DNA of 64,000 bases from the NCBI GenBank assembly GCA_051294375.1, contig CM119268.1:14279420-14343419 (forward strand). Reading direction: 5' to 3'. This stretch comes from Paraspadella gotoi. Taxonomy: Eukaryota > Animalia > Chaetognatha. The notes below the pieces were generated by a model, which was not told the DNA's origin, made no database searches, and saw only the letters and a program-made list of their open reading frames with translations. Shown in pieces: positions 1 through 14,536 of this stretch (the stretch's first letter is position 1; each line of letters begins with the position of its first letter). The position numbers were made by a program, and so were the translations under genes.

Positions 1-638
1 GGTTTCCCTCGCTTATCTACTCAGAAACCCATCCTTTTTCGCGACGGGAGATTTTTTTTTTTTATTTCTTTTTTTTCTTTATTTTAGTCTTTTATGTTTT
101 TGTTCCCTTTTGTTATTATTTTCTTTTTTTTAAATTTTAATTTCGCGAGCTTGAAAGAGTTCGTTTTGTTGACGATTCGATTTTTTGTTAACGTCGAGAG
201 CTTGAAATAGCTTGATATAGCTTTGATATAGCTTGATATGGCTTGATATAGCTTGAAAGCTTCGATTTTTGCCTAAATTAGAATTCACTTTTTCGACATA
301 TTTTAAGGATGGGGGGGATTGAAAACAAACTAAGATTTTAAATAATAAAAGAAAAATGTGACTTTCATTCATTCATTTTTTTATGTCTCGCTTTTCGGTC
401 AGACTCTCACGCTTTCAACCAACTAAAAACTTGCCAAAAGAAATCATAATGGCGACACCCGGTTTTTCCGCCAATTCCATGCAATCTCTCACTCTTCACG
501 ACTTCTTTCTCTTCTCGACGTCCTCACGTCCGTTTATGCACGACGAAAGTTGAAGACGTTTCCCCGGGAATCAAAAAGAAAGAAGAAAAGAGAAAAAAAA
601 GGAAAGGAAGGAAACGATGAGATAATTTACCGCTCTCT

Positions 639-672
<34 letters not shown>

Positions 673-727
673 CTCTCTCTCCTCTCTTCTTCTCTCATCT
701 CTCTCTCTCTCTCTCTTCTCTCTCTTC

Positions 728-774
<47 letters not shown>

Positions 775-3700
775 CTTCTCTTTCTCCTCTTCTCTCCTCT
801 CTCTGCTCTCTCCTCTCTCTCTCATCTTCTTCTCTTTCTCCTCTCTCTCTCTCTCCTCGTCTCTCTCTCTCTCTCTCTGCATGTTCATGAAGGCTGTAAA
901 AAAGTTTCTGCAAATTCCTCAACAAACAGAAAGCGTGGCTGTACTGGACGCCATTGCCGAAATAAGCTTTCAGAAACCCCTAAAAAAAGAGCCAAAAACC
1001 GAATTTTCAACATCGTCAAACACAACCAGAAGTTTTCGGAGATTACGTCGCCAAAAATAAGGGAAAGAGACCCACATCATCATCCATCAATCCTGGACAC
1101 AATCCTAGACGATGACAAGTGTTCCAGTCACTAAATGTCTCATGTGTTATTTTAATATGAATCATTTTTGCGCGTAGCTCCGTAGGTTTATAAGGCGACA
1201 ATTCTTTTTTTTTTTTTTTTTTTTTTGTATTGAGTACTTACCCTTATGATTAGTATCGACCTTTTAGCAGATAATTGATTGGTTAGACTTTTTTCAACTG
1301 TAAAACCTTTTAAAGAAATTTAAAATCTATCTATCTATCTATCTATCTCTCTCTCTCTCTCTTCTCTCTCTCTCTTCTCTCTGTCTAAGACCAAGTCTAC
1401 CCTACGATTTGTTAAATAAGTATTTCTTTTAAAATTTATTACTTTAAGAAATAATAAGTTTCGTTATTATTTCCAATTTTCGGGCCTTAGTGTGAGTAAA
1501 TGAGCTAAGTTTTTTTAAAGATACTAAGTCGCCTCTCTCCCTCTCACTTCACTGAGTTTCTGCGAAAGATAACATCTGCCATTTTGTCTCCATCTCTGTC
1601 GTCAGAAATGCATGAAAACCTTTAAGGGCGGAATTGAAAAACAGATACGATCGGGGAGGAGCAATTTATGGGACTGAGCGAGGGGAGAGGGTGGTTGTGG
1701 AGGAAGAGGAGGAAAAATGAGAAAAGAAAAGGGAGGAGGAAGAGGAGAATAGGGTTAGGGAGGAGTAGAGACGAAAGAATAACGAAGAACAATTTTCCTC
1801 TCGCTTCGGCATTCTCCAATATTTGAGAAGTCGAGCACAAAGAAATCAATAGAAATGTTCATTTCGTTTAAAGACGCGATTCAAGATGACTGCATGTTAA
1901 TGTATCATCGTCAATCGTCACTAAAGCCCAAAAAGGTTGGAATGATTGTGACTTTATGCCACATATCGCTATCGGCAAAAAACGCGGACATTACTGAATT
2001 AGGCTCGTGGCGTAATTCGATTTCCTCTCGCTCGTTTTTAGTTGTGCCGCGAGTACTCGGCGTACTTGCAATCTAAGGGTACGCTAGCGCCGCCTTCAGA
2101 AACTCCTAAAACTAAAGAATGAAAGACAGATTTTGATGCAGTGAGTGTCATAAATACATGGGCAAAAAAGTTTTTTAGTTAATATCATGTCATTTCAATA
2201 GTCATGTTCATCGATATCGTGAAAAAAAGATCACTGCGGCGCAACCATTGGAATGTACCGATCTTGTTCTATTTTCATCTTATTTTTTGTTATGCATATC
2301 ATTATTTGGAGTAATCGGCACTTGTTGTTGTGTTAGTTGTTTTTTTTTTACTACATTAAATAATTTGATATTGAATTCTCGCCGAATAATATTTGGTTTT
2401 AAAATCTATGTCGATGATGTTTTTTGTCAATGGCATTAATAACAATCCTTCATTCAGCATTTTTGTCAAGCCATTTTCTTTTTTTTTTCTTTCTTCCCTG
2501 TCTTTCGCCATTTCCTTCATTCCATTTTTTGTGTCGGTTCTTGTCGACTTCCAATCCACGAAGCCGATGACGCGAAAGAATACGACACGCCCAGGGACGA
2601 TTTAGCCCGCAAGCGGCCCCACACGAGAAAGGGGAAAAAATGAAAGGAAGAAAAAACAAAACAACACAATGGCACAAAAGACTAAATGAAAGGAGAAAGG
2701 AAAACTTTAAAAAATTTGGGGGCTCGAGGTAAATGTGCCAGCGTTTTAACATAGCTTAAACATGGTTTGGCAACTATGTTAGCTTAATTACATATTAGTT
2801 AAATATGACCAAGCATGTTTTTGGATTTGGCGTAAAATAACTGGATCCACCCAAAGCAAACTGGCAAGACTGTTTATCATCGTTAAAGATTAAAAAAATT
2901 TTATAATTAAGAACATATAATTATTTTGTGATGTCGATGGCCTTTTATTTGTATTTTGGTATTGTATTGTATTGTCTGCAATATGACCACAAAAATTTCT
3001 GCTTTTTTTCGTCCATAAAAAGAACCCGTCTTTTGAAACACATTTCCCGCGCATTTTTCGCCCTCTTCATACGGAGCCGACTTTTTTTATTTTTCAGAAA
3101 GCACCCGCAATCCATAACGTCTTTTCTTTTCTCCCTCGAGACGCTCGTTTGGACGTTCAAAGGCCGACGAGGTTTGTCAAGATGTGGGGGGCAGTTTGGG
3201 TGAGGCGGGGGGTCCATCGGGCGGGGGTGTAGGGCAGCATTGGCAGGGACGTACGATTAAGGGGAAGTGCGTTTTACACTTTTATAGACCTACCGGATGA
3301 ATTATATATGAGGTCAAACGCTTTTGTAGAATGATAAATATTTATACCTGAAAATGGGACGGAGAGAGAGAGTTAAATTAAAGAAAAAGAAGGTGGAAAG
3401 TGTGAGGAAAGACGAGAAAAAGAAATGGAAATTATTTGAATAAAAAAGAGATTAGCGAATCTCCTTTATGAGAAATTGGAATGGGCGGAAGAGGAGGAGG
3501 AAGAGGAGAGGAAGAGAAGGAAAGAGGAGCGTGGGAGAAGAAGGAAAAAGGCAGAATGGAGTAAACTATAGAGGTAAGAAAGAATTGCCAAGACTGCAAA
3601 AAAAAAAGAAAGAAAGGGGGAAAGTCGCTCGGCGCGCCTTTCAAGCTTCCTCCACCGCACGAATAATCAAATTTCGGGCGGCGGAAAAAAAGGAGGAAAA

Positions 3701-6700
3701 GAAGAAAGGAGAAAAAAAAAGGAAAAAAAAATTTGGGGAAAGAGGCCGTAATTTACTTCACCCCGGGAAGAAAAGGGGGGGGGAGAAGAGAAAAGAGAAA
3801 GGAATTCCCCGTGGACCGAAGCTGCTCGAACTCTCAGCGCTTATGAGTTTCTTCTTTCTTTTTTTTTTTCTTCATTTCTTTTTTGCTTCATTTCTCCATA
3901 TCTTCCTTTCCTTCTTCATTTCTTTCTTTCATTTACTTCAACATTCCCTCTCGCCCTCTGTTTTTTTCTAATTTTGTTCCCGGGGTCTGGGAGACAAGCT
4001 CGAAGTCTGAACTATCTGCCTGACCAGTTATACTCTAAGGGTGGAGAAGGACGAGGGAGGATCTCCTATCGAATTCGAGGCTGTGACGACTTAGCTTGGC
4101 TAATGGGCGCCGGCCCCGAGGTTTTCAATCAGCTTTTCAATAAATTTTTATTTAAATTGGAGTCGATTTTTTTTTTAGATTATTTATTGTCTAAAAATAA
4201 AACTTCAGCGGTCCTTTTGCTATCTGTAGGCACTAGGCATTAAATGTACACATCACCATTCAGCACTTATTCACCATTCACCATTCCCATCTCACCCATG
4301 TGACATTCAACATTTCACCACTTCACCATTCACCATTCACCATTCGCCAACTTATCTTATCGCCAAATACTCCGTATTCCACTTACCAGGTGTCGCCAAA
4401 AAGAGAAGGAAAAACATTATTTTTGGATCCGTCACATTTTTTTGTTTTTCGGCGATCGAAATCAGGCGAGTGTAATCTGTTGTCAGAGTTCAAAGGTCCA
4501 CCGCCAAAAGGTCATTTGCAATGTCGTTCGGCGTCAAACGCAGGGGATTTTTGGGTCACGCGCGGAGAGGAGGGAGGGAGGGACGGGAGAGAGAAAGAGG
4601 ATGAGAGGTTCGCCTGGGATGTCGTTGTTAAAGAAAGGGAAAAAATATAATGTAGCACATAGGACACGAGAGCCATAGTGAGAAAGAAACGGATCTTTCT
4701 GTCATTTAATGATTTATCTTTGTTACTATATGCTCGATTCGCCATCGGTTTAAAAGGAATAACTCGTAAAGTGTATTTCAGCTATTTCACTTGTTCCTTT
4801 AAGGAATTGGCAACCGTTTTCCCTCCCTCCTGTATTATTAAAATAGACATACTAATAATGGGTTTAAAAAGACAAAAGTTCAAGAAAATAGGTACCGATG
4901 ATAGATAGAAGTAAGGAGGGAACAAGAATTAATGATGCGAAGTCGAGCGATCCCTGTAATTTCGTGTGCTGTCCTGCTAGCGAAACCTGATCAGAACTGT
5001 GAGATCATGCTGCACGAATGCTCCGCAGGGGTAGCAGTCTCTACGCCCCAAGAAAAATCAGAGGTCCCTTGCATGTCATGCGAATAAAGAATCGTGAGAC
5101 TGCGCCCTTGCAGACTCGGATTACGACAAAGAGAAGAGAGAGAGAGGAGCTAGAGAAGTTGTAGAGAGAGAAGAGAGAGAGAGAGAAGAGCAGTGAGAGA
5201 GGAGAACCTGGCTCAGTGTGATGAATGACCACGAACGACTCAACGCCGGCGATGAATTCTCTCCAGAGTCCGCTTTTGTTCCTGTCAATGGGTCGCGCTC
5301 GCTCCGTTCACATTTCACATCTCACAACCAAGCGCCTTTTTTTACACTCAATGTTAGTTTTTTCTTTCTTTCTTTTTACCCGGATGTTCTCTATAGATGA
5401 AGCGTCATCATATTTTCCGAGAGGCTATTTTTCTGTTCTACACATCAATGGAACAATTGTCGGCGCGTTTTTCTTAACGTTTCATTCTGATGTTCTCGAT
5501 ATGCAATATTTATAATACAATATTATCATTTGAAACTATAGGGACTATCTCGATCATTTTAAACCAATTACAGTTTTTTTCTCTTTTTATTTCGGGATGG
5601 TTCTTGATCATTATATTTTACACCTTTACTTTTCTCGCATAAAGTCAATTTATTGTAACTAATTAATACGATAGACATTTATATGATTACTTTCTTCTAA
5701 ACATGTTTGTGTTCGTACGAATATTAAGTTAATAGTTTTTCTTTTGTCTTTTTCATACAATCGAACACAAATGTTTTCTCTCTGTTTGTCTGTCTCTTTT
5801 TCCGCCTTCGTTCTTCGTTCTCTCTCTCCTCTCTCTCTCTCTCCTCTCCTCTCCTCTCTCTCCCCTTCTCTCCTCTCTCTCCTCTCTCTCCTCTCTCTCT
5901 CGTCTTCTCTCTCTCTCTCTCTCTCGTCTTCTCCTAACACATTCCCCTCTATCTCCTTCTCAAACGCCGTTAAAGCTCGAGCCAAGTTTACAGCGACTAT
6001 ATGTATCGTCTCGCCATCGTCCGTGTCCGTTATCCTGCTCTCTCCTCCTCTCCTTTTCTTTCTCGCCTCCTCCTCTTCATTTCTCCCTCCGTAATCTTTT
6101 TCTCTTCATATTCTCTTTCCTCTTAATACCTCCACCCGCTCTTCCTAAGCCCCACTTCCTTCCTTCCTGTCCTTCCTCTCTTCCTCCTCTTCCTCCTGCC
6201 TCCTGAACGTATATTCCCGGTCTCAGAAGTGCGTTCCTATCCCTTTTTGGTAACTCTAGACTTTTTTACGATTCTCATATCAATTGAAACTTTCGCAGAT
6301 GTTGGAGGCTTTCGCGAAAACTATGCTTCTCCCTGAAGCCGTCGGCGAGGAGAGAGAGCGCCGGCCGGCGTGAGAGAGAGAGAGAGAACGAGAGAGAGAG
6401 AGAGAGAGAGAGAAAGGCAGAGAGAGAGAGAACGAGAGAGAGAGAGAGCAGAGAGAGAGAGAGCGTGAGAGCGTGGACAATGCCGCGGGGATTTGTTTGA
6501 ATTCCCGCCAGCTGCCGCCGCCGTCCGACCAACCCGCTCGCCGAACCGGGGACGTGGGGCGGGAGGATAAGGACAGCGGCGCCGGCGGCTGCGGATCGAC
6601 GGCTACCGTCCCGGCTCTGCCCGACTCGCGGAGAGGGGCCCGCGGCGTCAGGAGCGAGAAAAGGACGGGCGGGGTTGAAGGCGGAGATTTTTCTTTTGCT

Positions 6701-9210
6701 TGTTTTTTTTCTTTTCTTTTTTAACGCGCGAAAACTTAGAGATTGAGATTTTGAGATTCGAAAGACGCTTGTTGTTGTTGTTGTTTGTTGTTGTTGTTTG
6801 TGTCGTCGTCGTCGTGGTTATTGCAAGCAATGGTTCATCTTCCTTTTTCAGACGTCAGCTGATAGAGAACTTCAATGACACTGTGGCTAATTTAAAACGG
6901 GAAAGAGAGAGATGATGAATCTTATTAGGTTCCGTGTTGATGTTGCACAACTCCTTAATAATGTTTATTAAAATAAATTAGTTGTGGAGTGAGTTGTTCC
7001 ATCTTCGTCGCATTTTATGTACAATCGTCTTCTTTTGTTATTATTCTTCTTCTTCTTCTTCCTCGTCGTCGTCTTCTTCCTCGCCCACTTCATCAATCGA
7101 CGCTCTTCGTCTTCTACGAGTCCGTCGTCTTCGAAGGTTGGGTGGGAGTTGGAATTTCTTTAAAAAAAATCGCGACCGAGGGTTGTATGTAAAGGGGGCG
7201 TTGGAGGGGGGGGCTTGCGCGCCCAGCTCAGGAAAGGGCGAAAGAAGGGGGCAGGGAATTTTGCATATTTAATGAAGGTGCGAGGCCCGACTAAAACGAG
7301 AGAAAGACTTCGTGTTTTTTTCTGTTTTCTTTTTTTTTTTTTTTTCCTTTTTCTTTCTTTCTTTCTTTCTTTCTTTTCTTTTCTTATGTTCTTTCTTTCT
7401 TTTCTTTCTTTTGTATCTATTTCGTTTCTCTTCTTTTTTCTTTCTTCTTTTCCTTTTCTCTTTTCTTTTTCCATTTCTTTCTTCCTCATGATTCGGGTGA
7501 AAGGAAGTTTGACGAGGAAAAAAAAAAACTTTCGAAGGCCGAAGACGGAGTGCGACAACAGGGTGAATGCAACGCCGGAATTTTTTTTTTTCTAAAAATA
7601 GAAATCAGGGTGTCACGCCTTAACGCGTATATAAATTTTTTGGGGGGGTGAGGGGAATTTCCAAATATCTTAATCTACAATTATGAAACATGTCCAAACG
7701 ATAAACTAACAATTATAACTTTAATTTTATAGATGTGATTGAGTTGTCTTGAGCCTACTTTTGCTCAGCCATCGATGGTTTAAGCGAATGAACAGAGCGT
7801 AATAATTCACGACCTCTTCCGATCGAACCATAAAAATTTTCTCGTAAAGTCAGTCGATATAGATTACGGTTTACCGAACGAAAAAAAAATGTTAATCTTA
7901 GTCCATATCCTTTTTTTTAAATCCCCGCCCAGCTCGTGGTTTCCATCTCGCCTTGAAAAAAGCAAAAAAGAAAAACTTGAAAAAGATTTATTTCAAAACT
8001 CCACCACTTTGGTCCACAGTACATTTTTTTAAACAAATGATGTAGGAAGTTAGTCTTTTTATTTTTCTTTCTGAGTTATTACTTTCTATTTTTCCAGCAC
8101 ATCCGCCCTCCTCATTTCCTTTTTCCTTTCCATTTCCCTCGCTCTCCTTGTGTTATGCGCATTTTCGTAATTTTTCCCGCGCATTCCCCCCGCGCCCGAT
8201 TTTTTGACCCAGTTCGAGACGTCGTGCATTTTTTATCGAGCGAAGCGTCTTCCCTCCCCCCCCGAAACGGCGTGACGGCGACGACATTTAACGAGGAGGA
8301 ACGGTAGATGGCGCGTGAAGGACGCAATTCAACTCCGCCATTTTGAAATATGTCTAGAGAGACGCGCGCCTCCTCGCGGGGACGACCGGCGTAACGATCT
8401 TCTGTCAACGGAAGGTGTAGTCTTGACAGAAAAGCGAGGAAAAGGGTTTATATTCATAAATTTTTCACGAACATTAACGTAATTTCTGTCTAGTTTTACA
8501 CATATTTTATATATTACATTGCCAGAAAACGTAGACGAAATCAGAAACGTGTTGAAACGCTCATCATAAAAAAAAAACAAAATCTGGTTTCGGCCTATCT
8601 CTTCAACCTCCGTAGTCTAAAAACATTTCTGAGAAATGTCGCCTTTTCGACGCCACGTGGAAAAGAAAACGACTACAACTTTCGGCGTCGAGTCACGCGA
8701 TCCAGCATCAACGGTGAGAATCACTCGTGAAGATAATGGATATTAACTCTGACGACGTCGACGGTGACAGCGACGACGGGACCAACGACGATGAGAGAAT
8801 AAACAAAGAAAATAACCGAAGGCCTTTGTTTTGATAAGGAAACGCGAGGGGAATCGGGTGGGATTGAAGGGTGATGGAGTGTGGGGGGGATGGGGATAGG
8901 TGAAGCGGTGTTATGCGGTGTGAGAAGACGGGTGAAATGGAGTGAGTAGTGAGATGGGACTAAAAATGGAAGTGGGGCAGTGAAAAAAAAATGATAAGGG
9001 GATTTGTGATCATGGAAAAAGAGGCAGGAATTGGAAGAAATGGTGAAAATGGAATAAGAATTAGACTAAAGAGGGAGTGGGGATCGAATGGAGGAAAAAG
9101 AGGAGAAAATAAGGCGGGGGAACGCTCCTCTTTGGCGGAGGCGGGGGTCAACGGATCTCGATTTTAAATTCATGGAATCCCGAAATGGAAAAACGAGAAG
9201 AGAAAAGAGA

Positions 9211-9246
<36 letters not shown>

Positions 9247-10098
9247 CAGAGAGGGTATTCGGGGAAGAGTGGGTGGCAGATTAAGCTTGTACAAAAAAAA
9301 TGCCGGTCCCAGTTTAAAAATAGAAATCGATCTCTCTCGCTCCCCGTCTCTTTCCATTTTTCTTTCTCTCTTCCTTTCTCTCGTTCTTTCTTTCTTTCTC
9401 TCTTTCTGATTCTCTTAAACTATAATTTTCTCTGTATAACTATGTAATAGATATAAATTTCCCTGTCCAACGTTTTTTTTCATAACAAATTTCGACTCTT
9501 TTCTAACCCAAACCCAATATTGATTTCGAAGCTACATCAACATATTATATGTGGGTGGAGATAATTTTCTATGTATAGCTCGTATACCATTTTATTTAAT
9601 ACACACAGCAATCTCGAATCACAACTTGTGAGGGAAATCTTTCAAGTGAATGAAGTTATCACGAGCGAGAGAAAATAATTATCTTCCAATTAAAAAGGTT
9701 TTTATCCGAAGCAACGGTAATTGAACAATTGTAAATTTTTTTTTATACATACATTACAAATCTCGCTTCGCGTTATCCGAGTTTTCCCGTACATATTAGC
9801 ATAGCATCAACCTTTCCTATTTACATATAGAAAATTACGCGGACGTAATTCAGTAATTAAATTAATTAATAAATTATGTTACGTGTCCGAGTTTTGACAC
9901 AGATGTAGATCTGAGGAAGGAAACGGCGATGGACATCACGAAGGACTTCGAACATAACAGAAAGGAAGATCCAGTTTTGAGAAAACGTCGTTCGTTTAAA
10001 ATAAATGATCATGCTAATTCTTTGCCGGATAAAATGACGCCACGCCTTCCATGTCTCGAAGGCGGGGATAGCGACGAAAGCGCCTCGAAATGCCGTCT

Positions 10099-10152
<54 letters not shown>
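10099..10152. repeat. (TCG)n trinucleotide microsatellite
   Basis: Direct reading; others at ~23436-23480, 51744-51786 and 61836-61892. Confidence 0.92.
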
Positions 10153-10153
<1 letters not shown>

Positions 10154-10225
10154 TGATGGCATCGAGAGAAAATTTGGCGCCAAATTTCGAATCCGAAGGA
10201 AAGAAAGAAATTCGGAGGAATGGGA

Positions 10226-10309
<84 letters not shown>

Positions 10310-11049
10310 GAGAGAAGAGAGAAGAGAGAGAGAGAGGAATAAAATAGAAATAAGTGAAAACTAAGGGAAGAGACTCTAGACGACACAAGGACCGAGGCGA
10401 AGAAAGGCTCTCGGGCCAAGGATGAAGTCGCGACGTTGAAATGACAGAGACAGAGATACGAACACAAAGAGAGACGGAGATGAAAAGAAGAAATTTTTAA
10501 AGAAAGGAGAACGGATGTCAAAAGAGAGAAAAAAAATTAAAGAAAAAAAATAATTCTAACTTGTCACTAGATTTGTCAAAATGGCGAAGCGAAAACATTT
10601 GGAAAAGACTTATTTTTTTTAAAAAATCGCTTTTACATCGTATTGTTCAAGACCTAAAACTAAATAAAATGAAGACTATTGTAAAATTGATAAAGGTTTT
10701 ACCGCTTGGCCGTTTCTTTTGTCGCGCGATTCAAATTTATTCGCCCCCGTTCGACAAAGCGGTTTGCTCTCTTGCTTTTGTTTCATTAGTTTCGCAAACG
10801 CCTTTTATTCCTTTTGTTTCATTTCAGCCTCACCTAACGTATCCCCCTCAGAGCCCTGGCTTTCCTCGCTACCTTCATAGTCGTCGTCGTCGTCATCCTC
10901 CTCCTCCTCCTCCTCCTCCTCCTGATCCACCTCCTTTCCTACAACCGAGGATCTCCAGGGGTCAAACTCTCAAGGACAGAAAAGTCTTGGTATCTTCCTT
11001 CATACTTGAGTTATTTTTGAGACTCGAATGGGAAGGGAGAGAGAGAGAG

Positions 11050-11123
<74 letters not shown>

Positions 11124-11747
11124 AGAGAGAGAGAGAGACAACCGGGAGGAAAGGTAAAGAGAGGAAGAGGAGGAGGAGAAGGAGGAGGAGGAGGTTAGAA
11201 AGAAGAGAAGTTGAGGGAGAAAAAATGGGATGAAGAATAGAAAAGATAGAAAATGATGGAATAGTAAACATAAAGATAAAAATGGAAGGTTGGCTGAAGA
11301 CTCGAAATTAAAAAAAAAGTTAGTCTTATAAATATGGAATATATGAGACGATGGAAGCCTATGGGGTGATTGAAGGCGTGGAGGGGGGGCGAAAAGGGGA
11401 TGTAGGGAGGCGTAGAATCCAAAGAGTCGAGAAAAAACGAGGAGAAAAACGACGGGGGATGGAACATTACCGCCGAGTGGGTGGGGCCTGGTAAGTGAAA
11501 GCTTAAACCAACTTCTGAAGTCCGTGGCAAGAGGTTAAGAAGATTAACCCAGATTATAGCAATTTGAAATTCAATATAACGCTCGAGGATAAGGAATCCA
11601 AATACCCGGATAAATGTGGTTATTGACACCAATAAGAATTGTCAACGCGTCAGGAAATTGTGCGTAAATTGTTTCGAAGTAACATTTATTCATTCTATCA
11701 GATGAAAAATGGAATTCTGAGAGGCTCGAAACGATTGTTTACATGTT

Positions 11748-11861
<114 letters not shown>

Positions 11862-12052
11862 CTCTTTTCTCCCCTCCTGCCTTCGCTTTTTTTGCTTCAA
11901 CTCCTGCATAATGGACTGTGAAGGAAAAAAGGAGACATAAAGTGAAGGCAATGTGCTGCTTGGCGCCGAACTGGCATGCTTACCTGGGCAAAAGAATTTT
12001 CTTTGTAATCTCCCGATTCATTTATCATATTTTTAGGCGCGACGATGATGTA

Positions 12053-12055
<3 letters not shown>

Positions 12056-12092
<37 letters not shown>
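12056..12092. repeat. (GCC)n trinucleotide tract
   Basis: Direct reading. Confidence 0.9.
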
Positions 12093-12661
12093 CGCTTCGA
12101 GTATTTCGTCTTTGAGCGGAAGCGGCGAAGGGCGGTCTACGTCAAACGGCCAGGAACGCCCCGCGGAGTGACGTTCCACCTTCAAGGCTCGAGACTGAAC
12201 ATAAAATCGACAAGGATAGCGCCTCAGCTGCGTCCGCTCCTTCCCAGGCTCCGCAGAAGTCATGACGACGCCGCTCTTTTCTAGTAGTTTATCTTTTTCT
12301 CAGTGAAAACGAGGAATAAGATTATCAACCAACTAAAAATGTGTTTTTAAAATTGGTTCACTTTTGTGATTGATACTCATTTAATAAAGACTTTTTACCA
12401 CGCATCCTTCAATCACCGCTGTAAATCTCAATAAAGACATGATAACCGAATCTGATAAGGCGCGAAGTCACGATGCAAAAAAAAAGGGAAAAAGGCAGGC
12501 GCTATATTCCATTGTTGTCTCGCTTCGGAATTGCCACGGAAATGAGTCGCCATCTTTGTTGTTTTTTACCGTAGGCGACAATTAAACAATCGACTTTCCA
12601 TCATTTATAGAGTTTTCAACTCAATTCAATCATTTTTTATTAGAGGGTGAAAGGCCCGACT

Positions 12662-12886
12662 GTGGCGGTAGTATTTCATACCCCGTTACTCGTTCAAGAA
12701 ACAGCAGTACCTATGGCGCCGCAGGTTGCACGAACTCCTCCCAACCCAAAGGACTCGGGTTCGCGCCCTACTGTTTCACACAAGGAAGCGCGGGTCGTCC
12801 AAGTGACGAACTTCAGCCCCATCCGAAGTTGGGGACCTTGTGTGCAACGGACGTTGAACTGCTCGTGGCATCGTCTTCCGTTCCTC
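12662..12886 (-). mobile_element. ~230-bp dispersed structured repeat (SINE-like or ncRNA), copy 1
   Basis: Clearly homologous to 33285-33527 (shared blocks atttcata.ccgttactcg, acctatggcgcc, caaaggactc, gtgcaacggacg, tgaactgctcg) with unrelated flanks. Confidence 0.6.
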
Positions 12887-14411
12887 GAGAGACTACAGCA
12901 CAATCTGGTTTATCTTAAGATATTGTTAACAATATATTAAATTTCACTTAATTATATATTTTATTTTCTTTTAAATCCCGAATATGATTTATGTAAAAAC
13001 TTAAAATCGATAAAGATATTAGCATAAAAAACCACTTTGCAATCATTTTTCAAAATAAAATTAAACTCTTAATGAGTTTACGCAATTATCTGGTTTTGCA
13101 ATTGCTTTTGTTTGCCATTGATAATGATTCCAAAATCGAAAAGGCGAATTTTTCTTTCAGTTGACCTTTAAAGCGCGTATAATTAGTTAAATTAAAAAGG
13201 TTATAACGGTTTGAAAAGAGCTTTACTTGTTACTTTAACCGATTTTTTTAGTAAACTATGTTTTCCCCGGCCTCAGCCGTCATTCCCTGGCGCTGCCGTC
13301 GATACTCGGCGCCGACGTCATTTTTAGTGCATTAGTCAGTCTCTGACGTCAACGGCTGTCTCTCTCTCACTCTCGTTCTCGCTCTCTCTTTAAATCGATT
13401 AAGGAGCGTCTTCGTTTCCTTTTACAAGAAGCGCCAAGTTATCTGTCATTTTTTAAGTCTGTATTAAAGAGGTTAGGTTGCTAACAAGTTACAACAGTAA
13501 TAGTCATATTTTTTCAGCTTAAGTAGCGTTACTCTCATTGCATATACGTATCACAGGATAAATTTGATCCAGTTCGAAAAAGTTTCTCAACTGTTGTGAT
13601 CTGATCTTTTTAAAAATCCTCACGTAACCGAACTTCATCGTTTTTCACTTCAAGTCTTTAGTGACTTTCGTTTACGGTCGTCGTTAGACTTCACGCGATC
13701 AAAGAGCCGGAAACTTGATCACAATTAAGCCTCACTCTCTCCTTTCTTCAGGTGCATTTTTTCCTCTACTTTTTTTGCGCGAAAAGAACTTTCTTTGAGA
13801 GAGGGAAGTTATTTACTATTTTCTCTTCAGAAAAATAGTCTGCTTTTGTGCTAAATCAAAATCGAATCCGTAGATTTGTGGTCGGGAAAGATATAAATCC
13901 ATTTTCTTGCGCGAGGGCGAGGCGAGGATGAGGGCTCGGATTAGGGCTAGGGTTAGGGCTAGGGTTCGAATCGGGGAAAAAAAGAAATAGTTTCTCTTTC
14001 ATTGCATTGCATTTTCCGTTGTTCTTTTTTTTTCTCAATCTTCTCCGCAGCCCGATAGAGGTCGGAGATCGAATTCGTGACTCCGAGAGATGGCGTCTGG
14101 TCGAATACCGATTAGCGCCGTCGACGTCGCCGGTTCCGAGATCCAATCTGAAAATTCGTCCAAAAGATGGCGCGAAATGTGACGCGCGTCCCGACGCCAA
14201 CGCTATTTTGGGCGACGCGGGGATGGCGGGAGGATTTAGACTGTTTAGCGGGAGGCGGAGAGAATAAGAAAGGAGTGAAACAAATTGTCAACGTAATCTA
14301 CGCACCGATAAGATGAAACCGTATTACTATCATCAACGAAATAGACCTATAGACGGACCATGTCGGCCTTTTTATGTGATTGCTCATCGTCTTCGCGTAT
14401 CATGAGAAAGC

Positions 14412-14536
14412 CGACCAATCACAAACCTGATTTCAACCTTAGACCGACCAATGACCGACAGAGAGACTAAGGCACTCTCCTCAACATCCAAACTTAAGAA
14501 ACATCTCGTTATTCGACCAAGCGTCAACGCTATAAA
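14412..14536 (+). promoter_or_regulatory. Tandem CCAAT boxes followed by a TATA-like element
   Basis: CGACCAATC (CCAAT at 14415) and CGACCAATG (CCAAT at 14448) are 33 bp apart; TATAAA at 14531. Confidence 0.3.

Noticed and set aside
199-262. Short AGCTTGATAT tandem (also TTCACCA repeats at ~4250-4345 and a 21-bp doublet at ~17944-17988)
   Set aside because: Small local slippage repeats with no supporting context.
550-1134. 194-aa ORF and the many other SLSLSL / RERERE ORFs
   Set aside because: Translations of (CT)n/(AG)n microsatellites, which lack stop codons; no domain signal.
9866-10521. Poly-R/S/T/D ORFs
   Set aside because: All frames of one (TCG)n tract plus an AG tract.
11147-11210. 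GGAAAGGTAAAGA...GGTTAGAAAGAAGAGAA shared with ~63848-63880
   Set aside because: Low-complexity purine sequence next to AG tracts; too short to call a repeat family.
12700-12775. tRNA-like reading (GGTTCGCGCCC as T-loop)
   Set aside because: No cloverleaf; the motif is not kept in the second copy; wobble pattern favours the opposite strand.
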